From Trueperaceae bacterium (lineage in GTDB: Bacteria; Deinococcota; Deinococci; Deinococcales; Trueperaceae), in the NCBI GenBank assembly GCA_965213925.1, contig OZ243927.1:2688001-2752000 (forward strand): DNA of 64,000 bases, written 5' to 3'. Positions 9,120 through 18,748 of the stretch are shown here, piece by piece (the stretch's first letter is position 1; each line of letters begins with the position of its first letter). Position numbers and translations under genes: made by a program. The notes beneath the pieces are model-generated. The model was not told the origin of the DNA and did no database searches. It was given only the letters and a program-made list of their open reading frames with translations.

Positions 9120-10958
9120 ATGTTAAACAAAAGTTTATTAGGCAAGAGTTTATTGGTAGGAATAGCGGCGCTTACGATGCTCGGTGGTTGCCAGCAGATT
9201 GCGGAGCCTACCGAAGTCACGACTCAGTGGGGCAAGGAAAGTCCAGGGAAGTTTGTCAATCCGCTCACGCTTAGTATAAGGAACGGCCAGTTAGCTGAGT
9301 CCTGCGCTGATCCAGTCATCCTGAAAGGACAAACCACAGGCGACCGCTACTGGTATTTATACTGCACGACCGACCCACTGAACGCCGACGACCGAGCGGA
9401 GAACGGTGACCTCAACTTCAACCTCATCCCTACCTTCCGCTCACTCGACCTGGTCAATTGGGAGTACCAGGGAAACGCTTTTGCAGAGCGGCCTGAATGG
9501 GTCGAGGGCAGCGCGGGCATCTGGGCTCCTGAGGTCGTCTATTTCAACAATCAGTATTACCTCTACTACATGGCCCCAGAGACGAAGGCTGGGGGGAGCG
9601 CCATCGGAGTGGCGACAAGCGACAGCCCGACCGGGCCGTGGACAGATTCGGGCGGCCCGGTTGTTGCGCCGCGAAAAGATCCCAATAGTGACGGGTTTTT
9701 CTGGACGTATGACGCTGAGGTGATCGAAGCTCAGGGCAAGCACTACCTCTACTACGGTTCATACTACGGCGGGGTGTTTGTCCGTGAACTTTCGGAAAAT
9801 GGGCTTACGAGCCGCCCGGAGACCGAGACCCAAATTACGATCGCCAATCGCTACGAAGGCGCGCAGATCATTGAGCGTGACGGCTACTATTACCTGCTCG
9901 CGTCGGCAACGAACTGCTGCAACGGTCCGCTGACCGGTTACAGCGTGTTCGCTGGGCGTTCGCGCAGCCCGCTTGGTCCTTTTATCGACAAGGAAGGCGT
10001 ATCGCTTTTAGCCGGACGTGTCGGCGGAACGCCGGTCATCAGCATGAACGGCAACCGCTGGATGGGCACTGGGCACAATGACACCCTCACCGACTTTAGT
10101 GGACAGGACTGGCTCGTCTACCACGCCATCGACCGCTTTGACCCATACTTTGAGGGTGAGGTCGGCTTTACGAAGCGTCCGGTACTTATGGACCCACTCG
10201 AGTGGGTGGACGGCTGGCCGAGCGTGCGGGCGGGGCGCTGGGCCTCGGACAAGAAACAGCCCGCCCCCGCTGCGCAACCGGGGCAGAAGTCAAAGGTCAA
10301 GGTGCGCCCGCTCCGAGATGAGCGCGTCGGCAAGCGCCTGTTGCGAGACAGCTTTAACGGCGATGCCTTGAACAACGCTTGGACGTGGGTACGCGAACCT
10401 GCAGCCGAGGGCTACAAGGTTGCAAACGGCGCTTTTATCTTCGAGACGCAAGCTGCTGACCTCTTTAGAGATAGCAACAACGCGTCGGTGCTGACCCGCG
10501 CCTTGCCCCGTGGCGACCTTGTGATCCAAACCCGTGTCAAGCTCGATGTACCACCCGAAGGGTGCTGTCAAAATTTTGTCCAGGCCGGGCTGGTCGTCTA
10601 CGACGACGACGACAACTTCATCAAACTCGCGCACGCTTCTATTTTTGAAACGCGTCAGACCGAGTTTGCCAAGGAGCTTTCGCCGGTTCCAGACGGGTTC
10701 CCAAGTTACGGCAATACGGTTGTCGGTCCGCCGGGCGAATGGACGGATTTGCGTATCGTTCGGCGCGTGGAGCGTAGTGGAGAGGTTTACACACCCTATA
10801 CCCGCCGTGACGGGGGCGAGTGGATTCGGGGCGGCACTTATACGCATACGCTCGGCCAGGATACGCGTTTGGGACTCGTCTCGATGGGGGGCGAGGGCTT
10901 TACCGCCACCTTTGATGATGTGCGCGTCTCGAGGCTCAAGAAAGGAAAAAAGCATTGA
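9120..10958 (+). CDS. Lipoprotein GH43 glycoside hydrolase with C-terminal beta-sandwich domain
   Basis: Lipobox LGGC; GH43 motifs CADP, WAPE, YEG and GTGH. Start could also be 9102. Confidence 0.88.
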   Translation: MLNKSLLGKSLLVGIAALTMLGGCQQIAEPTEVTTQWGKESPGKFVNPLTLSIRNGQLAESCADPVILKGQTTGDRYWYLYCTTDPLNADDRAENGDLNFNLIPTFRSLDLVNWEYQGNAFAERPEWVEGSAGIWAPEVVYFNNQYYLYYMAPETKAGGSAIGVATSDSPTGPWTDSGGPVVAPRKDPNSDGFFWTYDAEVIEAQGKHYLYYGSYYGGVFVRELSENGLTSRPETETQITIANRYEGAQIIERDGYYYLLASATNCCNGPLTGYSVFAGRSRSPLGPFIDKEGVSLLAGRVGGTPVISMNGNRWMGTGHNDTLTDFSGQDWLVYHAIDRFDPYFEGEVGFTKRPVLMDPLEWVDGWPSVRAGRWASDKKQPAPAAQPGQKSKVKVRPLRDERVGKRLLRDSFNGDALNNAWTWVREPAAEGYKVANGAFIFETQAADLFRDSNNASVLTRALPRGDLVIQTRVKLDVPPEGCCQNFVQAGLVVYDDDDNFIKLAHASIFETRQTEFAKELSPVPDGFPSYGNTVVGPPGEWTDLRIVRRVERSGEVYTPYTRRDGGEWIRGGTYTHTLGQDTRLGLVSMGGEGFTATFDDVRVSRLKKGKKH

Positions 10959-11035
10959 CGACAGGCACCAAACTCACCAGCCAAACAAGTTACGAGTAAC
11001 GACCTTTAGTTCAATCCATGTTTTAAGGAGGAACG

Positions 11036-12325
11036 ATGCACCTCATATTCAAACGATTACAATTTGTTTTTGCCACCCTTTTTTTAGGTAGCTTCGCCCT
11101 AGCACAAGTGACCTGCTCAGAGGAGGCGCAGGGAGCGCAGATCGCCTTTTGGAACGGTTTTAGCGGCCCCGATGGTCAGTTTATGCAACAGCTCGTAGAC
11201 CGTTTCAACAGTGAAAACGAACAGGGTGTTACGGTCACTATGACCGTGCAACCCTTTACCGAGTATTACAACACGCTCAACGCGGCAGCTACCTCGAATA
11301 CGCTGCCTGATGTGGTGCAAATTCACCTCGATCAGCTTGCGACCAACGCGGTGCGCGGCGTAATCCGACCTATCTCGGAAGACATATTGGCGACTATGAG
11401 TATCGACGGCTCGGACTTTCCCGCGACGGTCTGGGAGGGTACCTCTTATAATGGCGAGCGCTACTCCATCCCGCTCGACGTTCACCCCTTGGTGATGTGG
11501 TACAACCGCGAGCAGTGGAGCGCGGCGGGCGTAGCGGACCCAGCGGGACAGGTTTTAGAGGGAGAGGCCTACGAAGCGGCGCTCCAAGCCCTCAAGGAGA
11601 GTAATGGTGAGGCCATCGCTTGGTCGATTACCACCGGCTTTCCTATCGAGTGGATGTTTCAAACGCTCCTTTATCAGTTTGGCGGAAGCGCCTTTAACGA
11701 GGACGCGAGCGAAGCAACCTGGAATAGCGAAGCGGGCGTCCAGGCGCTGACCTACCTCAAGGAACATCAAGCGCAGTTCTCGAGGCCCAATTTGCCCGTC
11801 GACGCGGGCATCACCGCCTTCAAGCAGGGTAACGACTCAACCGAGTGGAACGGCACCTGGCAGGTCAGCAACTTAACGGGTGAAGGCTACCAACCCGGTT
11901 GGGGCGCGCCTATTCCAAATATCGGCGGCGACTACGCAGTATTCGGCAACGCGCACACGCTGGCGCTGGCCGACCATGACGGAAATGAAGATGCGGCAAA
12001 AACCGCCGCCGCCGCTTGCTTGATCGACTTTATCTCCGCGAATTCGCTCGTCTGGGTGGAGGGCGCAGGACACATCCCAGCCCGCAACTCGGTCCGCGAA
12101 AGTAATGACTTTGCCGCCGTTGAACCCCAAGCCTCCTACGCGGTCATGGCTGAAGATGTAGTTTTCCCACCGCTCGTCCCCGGTATCACCGACGCCTTAG
12201 CTGAACTCACCGAAGCGGTGGCCGATGTCTTAGCGGGCAATGGTGACATCGAAGGCGCGCTCAACGAGTCCGCGGCTCGCGCCAATCAGGTGTTAGAGCA
12301 AAACCGCCGCCGTTACGCCCAGTAG
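11036..12325 (+). CDS. Carbohydrate ABC transporter substrate-binding protein (CUT1)
   Basis: Signal peptide ending ALA; motifs FWNGFSGPDG and YSIPLDVHPLVMWYN. Confidence 0.9.
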   Translation: MHLIFKRLQFVFATLFLGSFALAQVTCSEEAQGAQIAFWNGFSGPDGQFMQQLVDRFNSENEQGVTVTMTVQPFTEYYNTLNAAATSNTLPDVVQIHLDQLATNAVRGVIRPISEDILATMSIDGSDFPATVWEGTSYNGERYSIPLDVHPLVMWYNREQWSAAGVADPAGQVLEGEAYEAALQALKESNGEAIAWSITTGFPIEWMFQTLLYQFGGSAFNEDASEATWNSEAGVQALTYLKEHQAQFSRPNLPVDAGITAFKQGNDSTEWNGTWQVSNLTGEGYQPGWGAPIPNIGGDYAVFGNAHTLALADHDGNEDAAKTAAAACLIDFISANSLVWVEGAGHIPARNSVRESNDFAAVEPQASYAVMAEDVVFPPLVPGITDALAELTEAVADVLAGNGDIEGALNESAARANQVLEQNRRRYAQ

Positions 12326-12362
12326 TTAAGCTCAGTCGTTTCGTCCGGTCGTCACGCCTATC

Positions 12363-12395
12363 TGCGCGGGGTCGGGTTTTCATCTTCCCCGCGCA
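12363..12395 (+). other. Intra-operon hairpin after the SBP gene (mRNA stabiliser or partial terminator)
   Basis: Inverted repeat TGCGCGGGG...CCCCGCGCA. Confidence 0.5.
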
Positions 12396-12433
12396 ACCTT
12401 ATAAGCCTTGTGAAGGAAAGTTAGGTAGAATCT

Positions 12434-13375
12434 ATGGCTACACAGCAGTCCGTTCAAAGCCGCGCTGCGGCGAGCCGCTCGCCCAGTAAGCGCAAGCGCT
12501 TCAAGGTCACGCCTTACCTCTTCATTTTGCCGCACCTCGTTTTTTTTGCTGTATTTTTGGCGTGGCCTCTTTTCTACGGTATTTACATCAGCCTCTTCGA
12601 GTACGACTTTTCTTTTCCTGACTATCGGCCTTTCGTCGGCCTACAAAACTACCGAAATCTGTTCGAAAGCTCGAGCATTCAATATGACGACTTTTGGAAC
12701 GCTCTCACCAATACTGGGGTCTTCGTCCTTTGGAGTTTGCCCCCCCTAGTCATCGTGGCGCTCTTTTTAGCGGTTCTCTTAAACGGTAAGTACCGGGGGC
12801 GCAACTTTTTCCGCGGCATCTACTTTGCCCCGTGGTCGCTCTCCGCCGTGGTCGCTTCGCTCCTCGGCTGGTGGATTTTCCAAGACCAGAGCGGACTGAT
12901 GAACGCCTTTTTAGCGCAGCTTGGGCTGCCTGAAGTCGCTTGGCTCGGCTCGTTGCCGTGGGCGTGGATTGCCATTACCGTCGTCACCGTCTGGTGGACG
13001 GTGGGCTTTAACGCCATCATCTTTTTAGCGGCCCTGCAAGACATCCCCGACACCTACTACGACGCCGCTGCAATTGACGGCGCAAATAAGCTGCAGCGGT
13101 TCTGGCATGTCACCTTGCCGCAGCTTAGACCTGTGCTTATCTTTGTCATTACCATTACCCTTATAGCCTCGGCTAACTTGTTCGCCCAGCCCTTTATTAT
13201 GACGCGCGGAGGTCCGGCGCAGGGCACCGAACCGATCATCATGCTGATCTATAACGAAGGTTTTGGCGCTTTTCGGATGGGCAGCGCCGCCGCGATGTCC
13301 GTGGTTCTTGCAGCAATTCTGCTCGTTTTGACGGTGCTTAACTTCAGGGTTTTTGGCAGCGGAGAGGGACGTTAA
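12434..13375 (+). CDS. Carbohydrate ABC transporter permease
   Basis: Multiple TM segments; EAA-loop variant YYDAAAIDGA. Confidence 0.92.
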   Translation: MATQQSVQSRAAASRSPSKRKRFKVTPYLFILPHLVFFAVFLAWPLFYGIYISLFEYDFSFPDYRPFVGLQNYRNLFESSSIQYDDFWNALTNTGVFVLWSLPPLVIVALFLAVLLNGKYRGRNFFRGIYFAPWSLSAVVASLLGWWIFQDQSGLMNAFLAQLGLPEVAWLGSLPWAWIAITVVTVWWTVGFNAIIFLAALQDIPDTYYDAAAIDGANKLQRFWHVTLPQLRPVLIFVITITLIASANLFAQPFIMTRGGPAQGTEPIIMLIYNEGFGAFRMGSAAAMSVVLAAILLVLTVLNFRVFGSGEGR

Positions 13376-13377
13376 AG

Positions 13378-14241
13378 ATGGCGCAAACAAGCGGACGTGT
13401 TGAGAGTCAGCGAGCAGGTCGAGGGTTACTTGGCAAGGTGCTGCTCTACACCGTACTCATCTTTTTCGCCTTTTTTTTCCTCTTGCCGCTTCTATGGATG
13501 GGGGTGACTGCGCTTAAACCCGCCGGCGAATGGCTGCTCCCCAATTGGATTCCGCAGCGACCCACCTTGGAGAACTTCACCGCTATCTTTAGTAACCCTT
13601 CGCTGCCGGTATTGCGCTGGTTTATCAATAGCGCTGCGGTAGCAACCGTCTTCACCGCTTTGGTCTTATTGCTCGATTCGCTCGCAGCTTACGCTTATGC
13701 CCGGATGGACTTTCCGGGTCGCAACATCCTCTTTGGCCTGCTCATTAGCACACTGGTTATGCCTGCCATCATCTTCTTAATTCCCAACTACCTTACGGTC
13801 GCTACCTTGGGTGGACTCAACAGCTACTGGGGTATTTTCGCGCCAGGGCTGGCCGGGGTTTTCGGCGTGTTTTTCCTGAGACAGTTCTTCTTGAGCTTGC
13901 CTAAGGAGTTAGAGGAGGCCGCACTCATTGACGGGGCCGGTATCTGGACCATCTTTTTTAGGATCGTATTACCGCTCTCAGTTCCGGCCCTCTCAACGCT
14001 AGGCATCATCACCTACCTCGCCTCTTGGAACGACTTTCTCTGGCCCCTGCTTATCGTCGGCAACGACCCGCTCAAGCAGACGCTGCCGGTCGGACTGGCG
14101 AAGCTCCAAGGTGCCTATGTATTTCAATACGGGCAACTCATGGCAGGCGCGGTCATTGCGGCGCTGCCGGTGCTCATTCTCTACTTGACCCTGCAACGCT
14201 ATATCGTGCAGAGCGTAGCGTCAACTGGGCTCAAGGGTTGA
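13378..14241 (+). CDS. Carbohydrate ABC transporter permease
   Basis: Motifs LEEAALIDGA and WNDFLWPL. Confidence 0.92.
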   Translation: MAQTSGRVESQRAGRGLLGKVLLYTVLIFFAFFFLLPLLWMGVTALKPAGEWLLPNWIPQRPTLENFTAIFSNPSLPVLRWFINSAAVATVFTALVLLLDSLAAYAYARMDFPGRNILFGLLISTLVMPAIIFLIPNYLTVATLGGLNSYWGIFAPGLAGVFGVFFLRQFFLSLPKELEEAALIDGAGIWTIFFRIVLPLSVPALSTLGIITYLASWNDFLWPLLIVGNDPLKQTLPVGLAKLQGAYVFQYGQLMAGAVIAALPVLILYLTLQRYIVQSVASTGLKG

Positions 14242-14386
14242 GGGAGAGGTGCACAAAGCGGACGTTACATGAATGTCGCTGCTGCCCAGTTCTTCTCACA
14301 TGAACTTATCCGAGTTGCCTATGTCCATCTTTACGACTCTGTGAAACTAAGGCACCGCTACATGCTGCGACCCTGAAAGGAAACCT

Positions 14387-15382
14387 GTGCGCACGTTTTG
14401 CCTCGTCCTTATTAGCTTACTCATAACCCAGGCTACAGCCCAATACGTCAACCCCGTTGTTACGCCCGTTGCCGCTGACCCCAGTATCATCCGCACTCCA
14501 GATGGCACCTTTTACCTTTACGCTACTCAGGACGACTGGGGCGAGGGGAGTCACTACATCCCCATCTTTCGTTCAGACGACCTTGTAGAGTGGACGTTTG
14601 TCAAGGACGCTTTTACTTGGCCGCCTAGCTGGAAAGAGGGGGGCGGCTTTCTCTGGGCTCCCGATATTTCACGGCGCGGCGATACCTACTACCTTTACTA
14701 CGCCGCCTCCCTCTGGGGCGACCCGAACCCCTGCATCGGTCTCGCCACGGCGAGCCACCCCGAAGGTCCGTGGGAAGACCTAGGTCGTGCTGTATTTTGC
14801 TCCGAGGATATCGGCGTTGGCAACTCTATCGACCCCTTCGTGATGTACGAGAACAGCGAAAGGTGGATAGTTTGGGGGAGCTTTCAGGGTATTTACGCCG
14901 TAGAGCTGAGCCAAAACGGGACAGAAGCTGTGGGCGACCCCGTTCTTCTCGCGGACACCCGCTTTGAGGCTCCCTACATCATTCAGCGTGACGGTTACTA
15001 CTACCTCTTTCTCTCGGCAGGTTCGTGTTGTGAAGGGGAGTGGAGTACCTACCAGACGCTCGTGGGACGCTCGGCTAACCTGCTTGGACCTTACTTGGAC
15101 GCTGACGGGCGTGACTTGCGCTCGGGCGGCGGGACGCTCATTTTAGACCGCAATGACACGTGGATTGGACCTGGTCACAACGCCGTCATTCAAGACGACG
15201 CGGGGGACGATTGGATCATCTATCACGCGATTCCAAAAGCAGACTCGAGGCTTGCGAATGGGGTCAACCGCCGCCCCACGCTCCTCGACCGCATCATATG
15301 GGTGAACGGCTGGCCGGTCGTCAATAATGGTGACGGCGCGAGCGCTGCGGCAAAAGCCGCGCCGAAAGTGACGACCCCATGA
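14387..15382 (+). CDS. Secreted GH43 glycoside hydrolase
   Basis: Signal peptide; motifs AADPS, WAPD, SIDP, FEAP and GPGHN. Confidence 0.9.
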   Translation: MRTFCLVLISLLITQATAQYVNPVVTPVAADPSIIRTPDGTFYLYATQDDWGEGSHYIPIFRSDDLVEWTFVKDAFTWPPSWKEGGGFLWAPDISRRGDTYYLYYAASLWGDPNPCIGLATASHPEGPWEDLGRAVFCSEDIGVGNSIDPFVMYENSERWIVWGSFQGIYAVELSQNGTEAVGDPVLLADTRFEAPYIIQRDGYYYLFLSAGSCCEGEWSTYQTLVGRSANLLGPYLDADGRDLRSGGGTLILDRNDTWIGPGHNAVIQDDAGDDWIIYHAIPKADSRLANGVNRRPTLLDRIIWVNGWPVVNNGDGASAAAKAAPKVTTP

Positions 15383-16323
15383 GCCGAGCAACACGCTCCG
15401 CCCAGGTGCAGCAGCTTAGCGACATGAACCCAGTCTACGCCGGCTACCTCGCTGACCCCTTTGTACTTGCTTACCAAGGTCAGTATTATGCGTACGGTAC
15501 GGACTCCGTTTTGGACGGTCGGGTGTTCCAGGTGCTTCAGTCTCCCGACCTTATCCGCTGGACCTCTTTAGGCACAGCTTTGAAGACACTGGAGGGCGAG
15601 CCATGCGATTACTGGGCTCCTGAAGTCGCATTGAATGGTGACACCTTTTATATGTACTATTCGGTTGGCAAGGGCGATAAAGGTCATATGCTCCGCGTCG
15701 CCACCGCGAAAGCGCCGCAGGGTCCCTTCACTGACTTAGGCTTGTGCCTCACGGCAGATGAGCCTTTCGCCATCGACCCTCACCCTTTCCAGGACGACGA
15801 CGGGGCGTGGTATCTATTTTATGCGAAAGACTTTTTGGAGGGCGAGCGGGTTGGGACCGGTTTAGTGGTAGACCGTTTGGAGGGGATGACCCGCCTTGTG
15901 GGAGAGACGCGCACCGTACTGCGGGCTACCGCTGACTGGCAACTCTATAAGCGGCAGCGAAAGATGTACGGACGCACGCTGGACTGGTACACGCTTGAGG
16001 GTCCTTTTGTAGTCAAGCGTTTCGGGCGCTACTACTGCTTCTTTTCGGGCGGCAACTGGCAGAACGAAAGCTACGGCGTCTCGTACGCTGTAGCGCCGCA
16101 CCCTCTTGGTCCTTGGCGTGAGCCACATCCTGAAAGCCCTGCGCTTTTGAAGTCTGTAGAGGACGCGCTCATTGGTCCCGGACACAACTCGCTTATTGTG
16201 GGACCAGGAGATGAAGACCGCCTTGTATTTCACGCCTGGAATAGAATGCGAACTGCTCGGCAGATGTGGATCGGGCGGCTTCACTGGATGGGTGAAGAGC
16301 CAAAGCTTATTCATAGTTTATAG
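15379..16323 (+). CDS. Cytoplasmic GH43 glycoside hydrolase
   Basis: Motifs LADPF, WAPE, AIDPH, TLEGP and GPGHN; ATGA overlap with the upstream gene. Confidence 0.9.
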   Translation: MSRATRSAQVQQLSDMNPVYAGYLADPFVLAYQGQYYAYGTDSVLDGRVFQVLQSPDLIRWTSLGTALKTLEGEPCDYWAPEVALNGDTFYMYYSVGKGDKGHMLRVATAKAPQGPFTDLGLCLTADEPFAIDPHPFQDDDGAWYLFYAKDFLEGERVGTGLVVDRLEGMTRLVGETRTVLRATADWQLYKRQRKMYGRTLDWYTLEGPFVVKRFGRYYCFFSGGNWQNESYGVSYAVAPHPLGPWREPHPESPALLKSVEDALIGPGHNSLIVGPGDEDRLVFHAWNRMRTARQMWIGRLHWMGEEPKLIHSL

Positions 16324-16336
16324 GCCTTTGTAGATT

Positions 16337-16368
16337 TTGTGCAATTAACGCGCGCAACTGGCGCACAA
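16337..16368. repeat. dif-like site 5: TTGTGCAATTAA-CGCGCGCA-ACTGGCGCACAA
   Basis: Arm/core/arm family; 13 bp after the last glycan-locus stop codon. Confidence 0.8.
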
Positions 16369-16440
16369 TCATGTCCTCAATCTCTCAGCTTCACCCTTAT
16401 CCTCACAACCATGCTTTAACTAAAAAGTGTCGCCCTCTCT

Positions 16441-16487
16441 CCTACTGCGAAAGCACCTGCCGAGATAGCAGGTGCTTTCGCAGTAGG
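16441..16487. terminator. Perfect 20-bp-stem hairpin between convergent genes
   Basis: CCTACTGCGAAAGCACCTGC-N7-GCAGGTGCTTTCGCAGTAGG. Confidence 0.65.
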
Positions 16488-16495
16488 TTTGGCAT

Positions 16496-17467
16496 TTAGG
16501 GCGTGTTCAACTGCCCATACTTGAGCGCACTCTCGACATGTGCCGAGATGTCCTCATCTATGACGCGGTCGTACACGTCCCCCGACGCAGGGACGAAGCC
16601 CGCCTTCGCTAGGCTGTACTGCGCCTCATCGCCATACACGCCCCCGAGCGCGTTTTTCATGGTGAGGTCGCTGGCGCGTGCGGGGATGGCGACGCGCAGC
16701 GTTGAGACGAGAGGTTCAATGCCCTCGCCGTGCAACTGGATGAGTTCGCCTGCGTGCTCGAGCTGCGTGAGGTCGCGGTAGTCAATGATGACAAGGCCCA
16801 CGTTCTGGATATGCTTGTCGAGGCTGCTGACGTCGAATCGTTCGACGTCCAACCGGTCTAAGGCGCTAATGTACCAGCAGATCTTAGGCACCGGTTGCTG
16901 CCTGCACCAGTCGTCCGATGGGCTGCCAGGAATGGTTCTGCTCACCCCGGTTTTGCTCACCCCGGCCACGTTAAAGCCTGTCTCCGTAATGAGTTTAACC
17001 AGCGTGCCCGCGTCCATAGCGCTCACGGTTTTGGCGCTGTAGCCAAGTTTAGCGGCCCGCTCGAGGAGCACGGGTGTCGCGTAGACCGCCGCAAAGTCGA
17101 TAGCCGCCGTTATCCCGTCAAGGCGTGGGTCCGGGACTGGGTTGCCATCCTTGTCACAAAGGACGAGCTGGCAGTACCGAGAGACGAGCGGCACCTTCAC
17201 CGGCTTCCAGTCGTAAATCCGTCCAGGGTCGGGCGTATAGGACACCACGCCTGCGTTGTAAAAGGCCGCTGCTTTGGCGAGTTTGGCAGACTCGACGTAG
17301 CGAACGTCTGCCACGTGGCTGAGCGGTTCCACGAGCGAGGGGATGTCGGTCACGAGGGTGAACGCGCCGCGATACCTCTGGCTTGACAGCTCCGCCTCGG
17401 AGCTTTGGCTGCACGCAGCCAGCACGCTACTTAGGACTATAAGACCAAACAGAACAAACTTTTTCAT
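16496..17467 (-). CDS. Hypothetical lipoprotein
   Basis: Signal MKKF...VLAAC lipobox; no family recognised. Confidence 0.75.
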   Translation of the reverse strand: MKKFVLFGLIVLSSVLAACSQSSEAELSSQRYRGAFTLVTDIPSLVEPLSHVADVRYVESAKLAKAAAFYNAGVVSYTPDPGRIYDWKPVKVPLVSRYCQLVLCDKDGNPVPDPRLDGITAAIDFAAVYATPVLLERAAKLGYSAKTVSAMDAGTLVKLITETGFNVAGVSKTGVSRTIPGSPSDDWCRQQPVPKICWYISALDRLDVERFDVSSLDKHIQNVGLVIIDYRDLTQLEHAGELIQLHGEGIEPLVSTLRVAIPARASDLTMKNALGGVYGDEAQYSLAKAGFVPASGDVYDRVIDEDISAHVESALKYGQLNTP

Positions 17468-17648
17468 CTCTCTACCTTTCCGCCATTTGCGCAGGCATTC
17501 AACAGTAGGACCGAGCCTAGATATAGAACGAACGTGTAGTGCTTCATGTTTCTCCTTAAACGTGGGCTTATATGCCCTCTTCGAGGTGCGCCGCGTTTGA
17601 ACCTCGCGGTCTTAGACGCGACGCTGAACGAATGGTCGATCGGTTCTT

Positions 17649-18040
17649 CTAGCGGCAGCTGCTCGAAGCGTTGACACGTACCGGGACAGCGTCCGCGCCC
17701 ATCGAAGCGTTGTTCGAGGTGTTGCCATCACTGTTCGTGATGATCACTCCGATGTAGTAGTTGCCGCTAGGCGTGCAGACGGGGATACGAGGAAGCCCGG
17801 CGTTGACGCGCACCGAGGATTTGGGCGAGAAAGACCAGTCGAAGTAACCCGAGAGGATAGGCGTGTCGTAGGTGCTGAGGTAATCGTTCCTCGAGAGGTA
17901 TAACGTCGCATTGAAGCGGCTGCTGCGTGACGCTTTCGAGTAGTTATGAACTAGGTAGTCGAGTTTGGTGAGCCGGTCACCCGCCGTGAGGGTGCTGGGC
18001 GCAGCATTCGCGTCCAAGGCGTGAACGTCGAAACTGGCAG
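17649..18040 (-). pseudogene. C-terminal remnant of a secreted protein (CARDB/Ig-like domain)
   Basis: Motifs LYLSRND..S..D, P...PSGNYYIGVI and D.NTSNN; no credible start; abuts a fragment on the opposite strand. Confidence 0.5.
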
Positions 18041-18042
18041 GC

Positions 18043-18291
18043 GTGTTCAAAGAAGCTTTACTTTTATGGAGTGAAGCACTCGGGCTCGCAAAGTTGCGAG
18101 ACAATCGATTATGGCAAGCTTATGTTCATCACAACATCGGCGAGATGTATCTTGAAAATAGTCGAGCCGAGCCGGGCAAAGAGTATCTACAAAAGGCTAT
18201 CGAACTCTACACGCTGAGCCACGCCGAGGTGGAGGTAAGGGAGGTAAAAGCCCTACTCGTTAGTGCGAGTTTACGCCGAATTAACGCTTGA
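18043..18291 (+). pseudogene. TPR-repeat C-terminal fragment
   Basis: WQAYVHHNIGEMYLE...GKEYLQKAIELY is TPR-like; lower GC; no N-terminus. Confidence 0.5.
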
Positions 18292-18748
18292 TCCGTAAGC
18301 TTCTTTTCGGGAGGAAATATACATGAGAGTATTGATGACTTTCCTAGTAATCGTAGTGCTTTTCTCTATTATTTTGTAACGCGTATGCGTCCACGTAAAT
18401 CTACGGTTACAGGCAAAGACTCAACTGAAGACACCGCATATGGCCGTCAAGAGCGTGCACAAGACGAATCAAAGTCTTTCGAGGATTTCCCAGATAGTGT
18501 TCCGCGTGCAAGAGGTGGGGATGATAAAACATCAAAACGGAAAGAAGAGTGAGCTTTTTGATTGTCGCCGAGCGCTCTATACGGGTAAACCTGAGTACTT
18601 TAGAGTAGAAAACACCATGACGCTCGAATAATGACAACCTTCTGACTGGTCCTCGGGAACTAGCGACGCATCACAGCTTAGTTAGTTGGCAGCGAGTACG
18701 GTAGCTCTAGAGTTCGTATCTCGAACGAGGAGGATTAGGAGAACGCCC

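Noticed and set aside
16500..18050. 11-bp direct match GGCGTGTTCAA at 16500 and 18040
   Set aside because: Too short; one copy is inside a CDS end, so it is probably chance.
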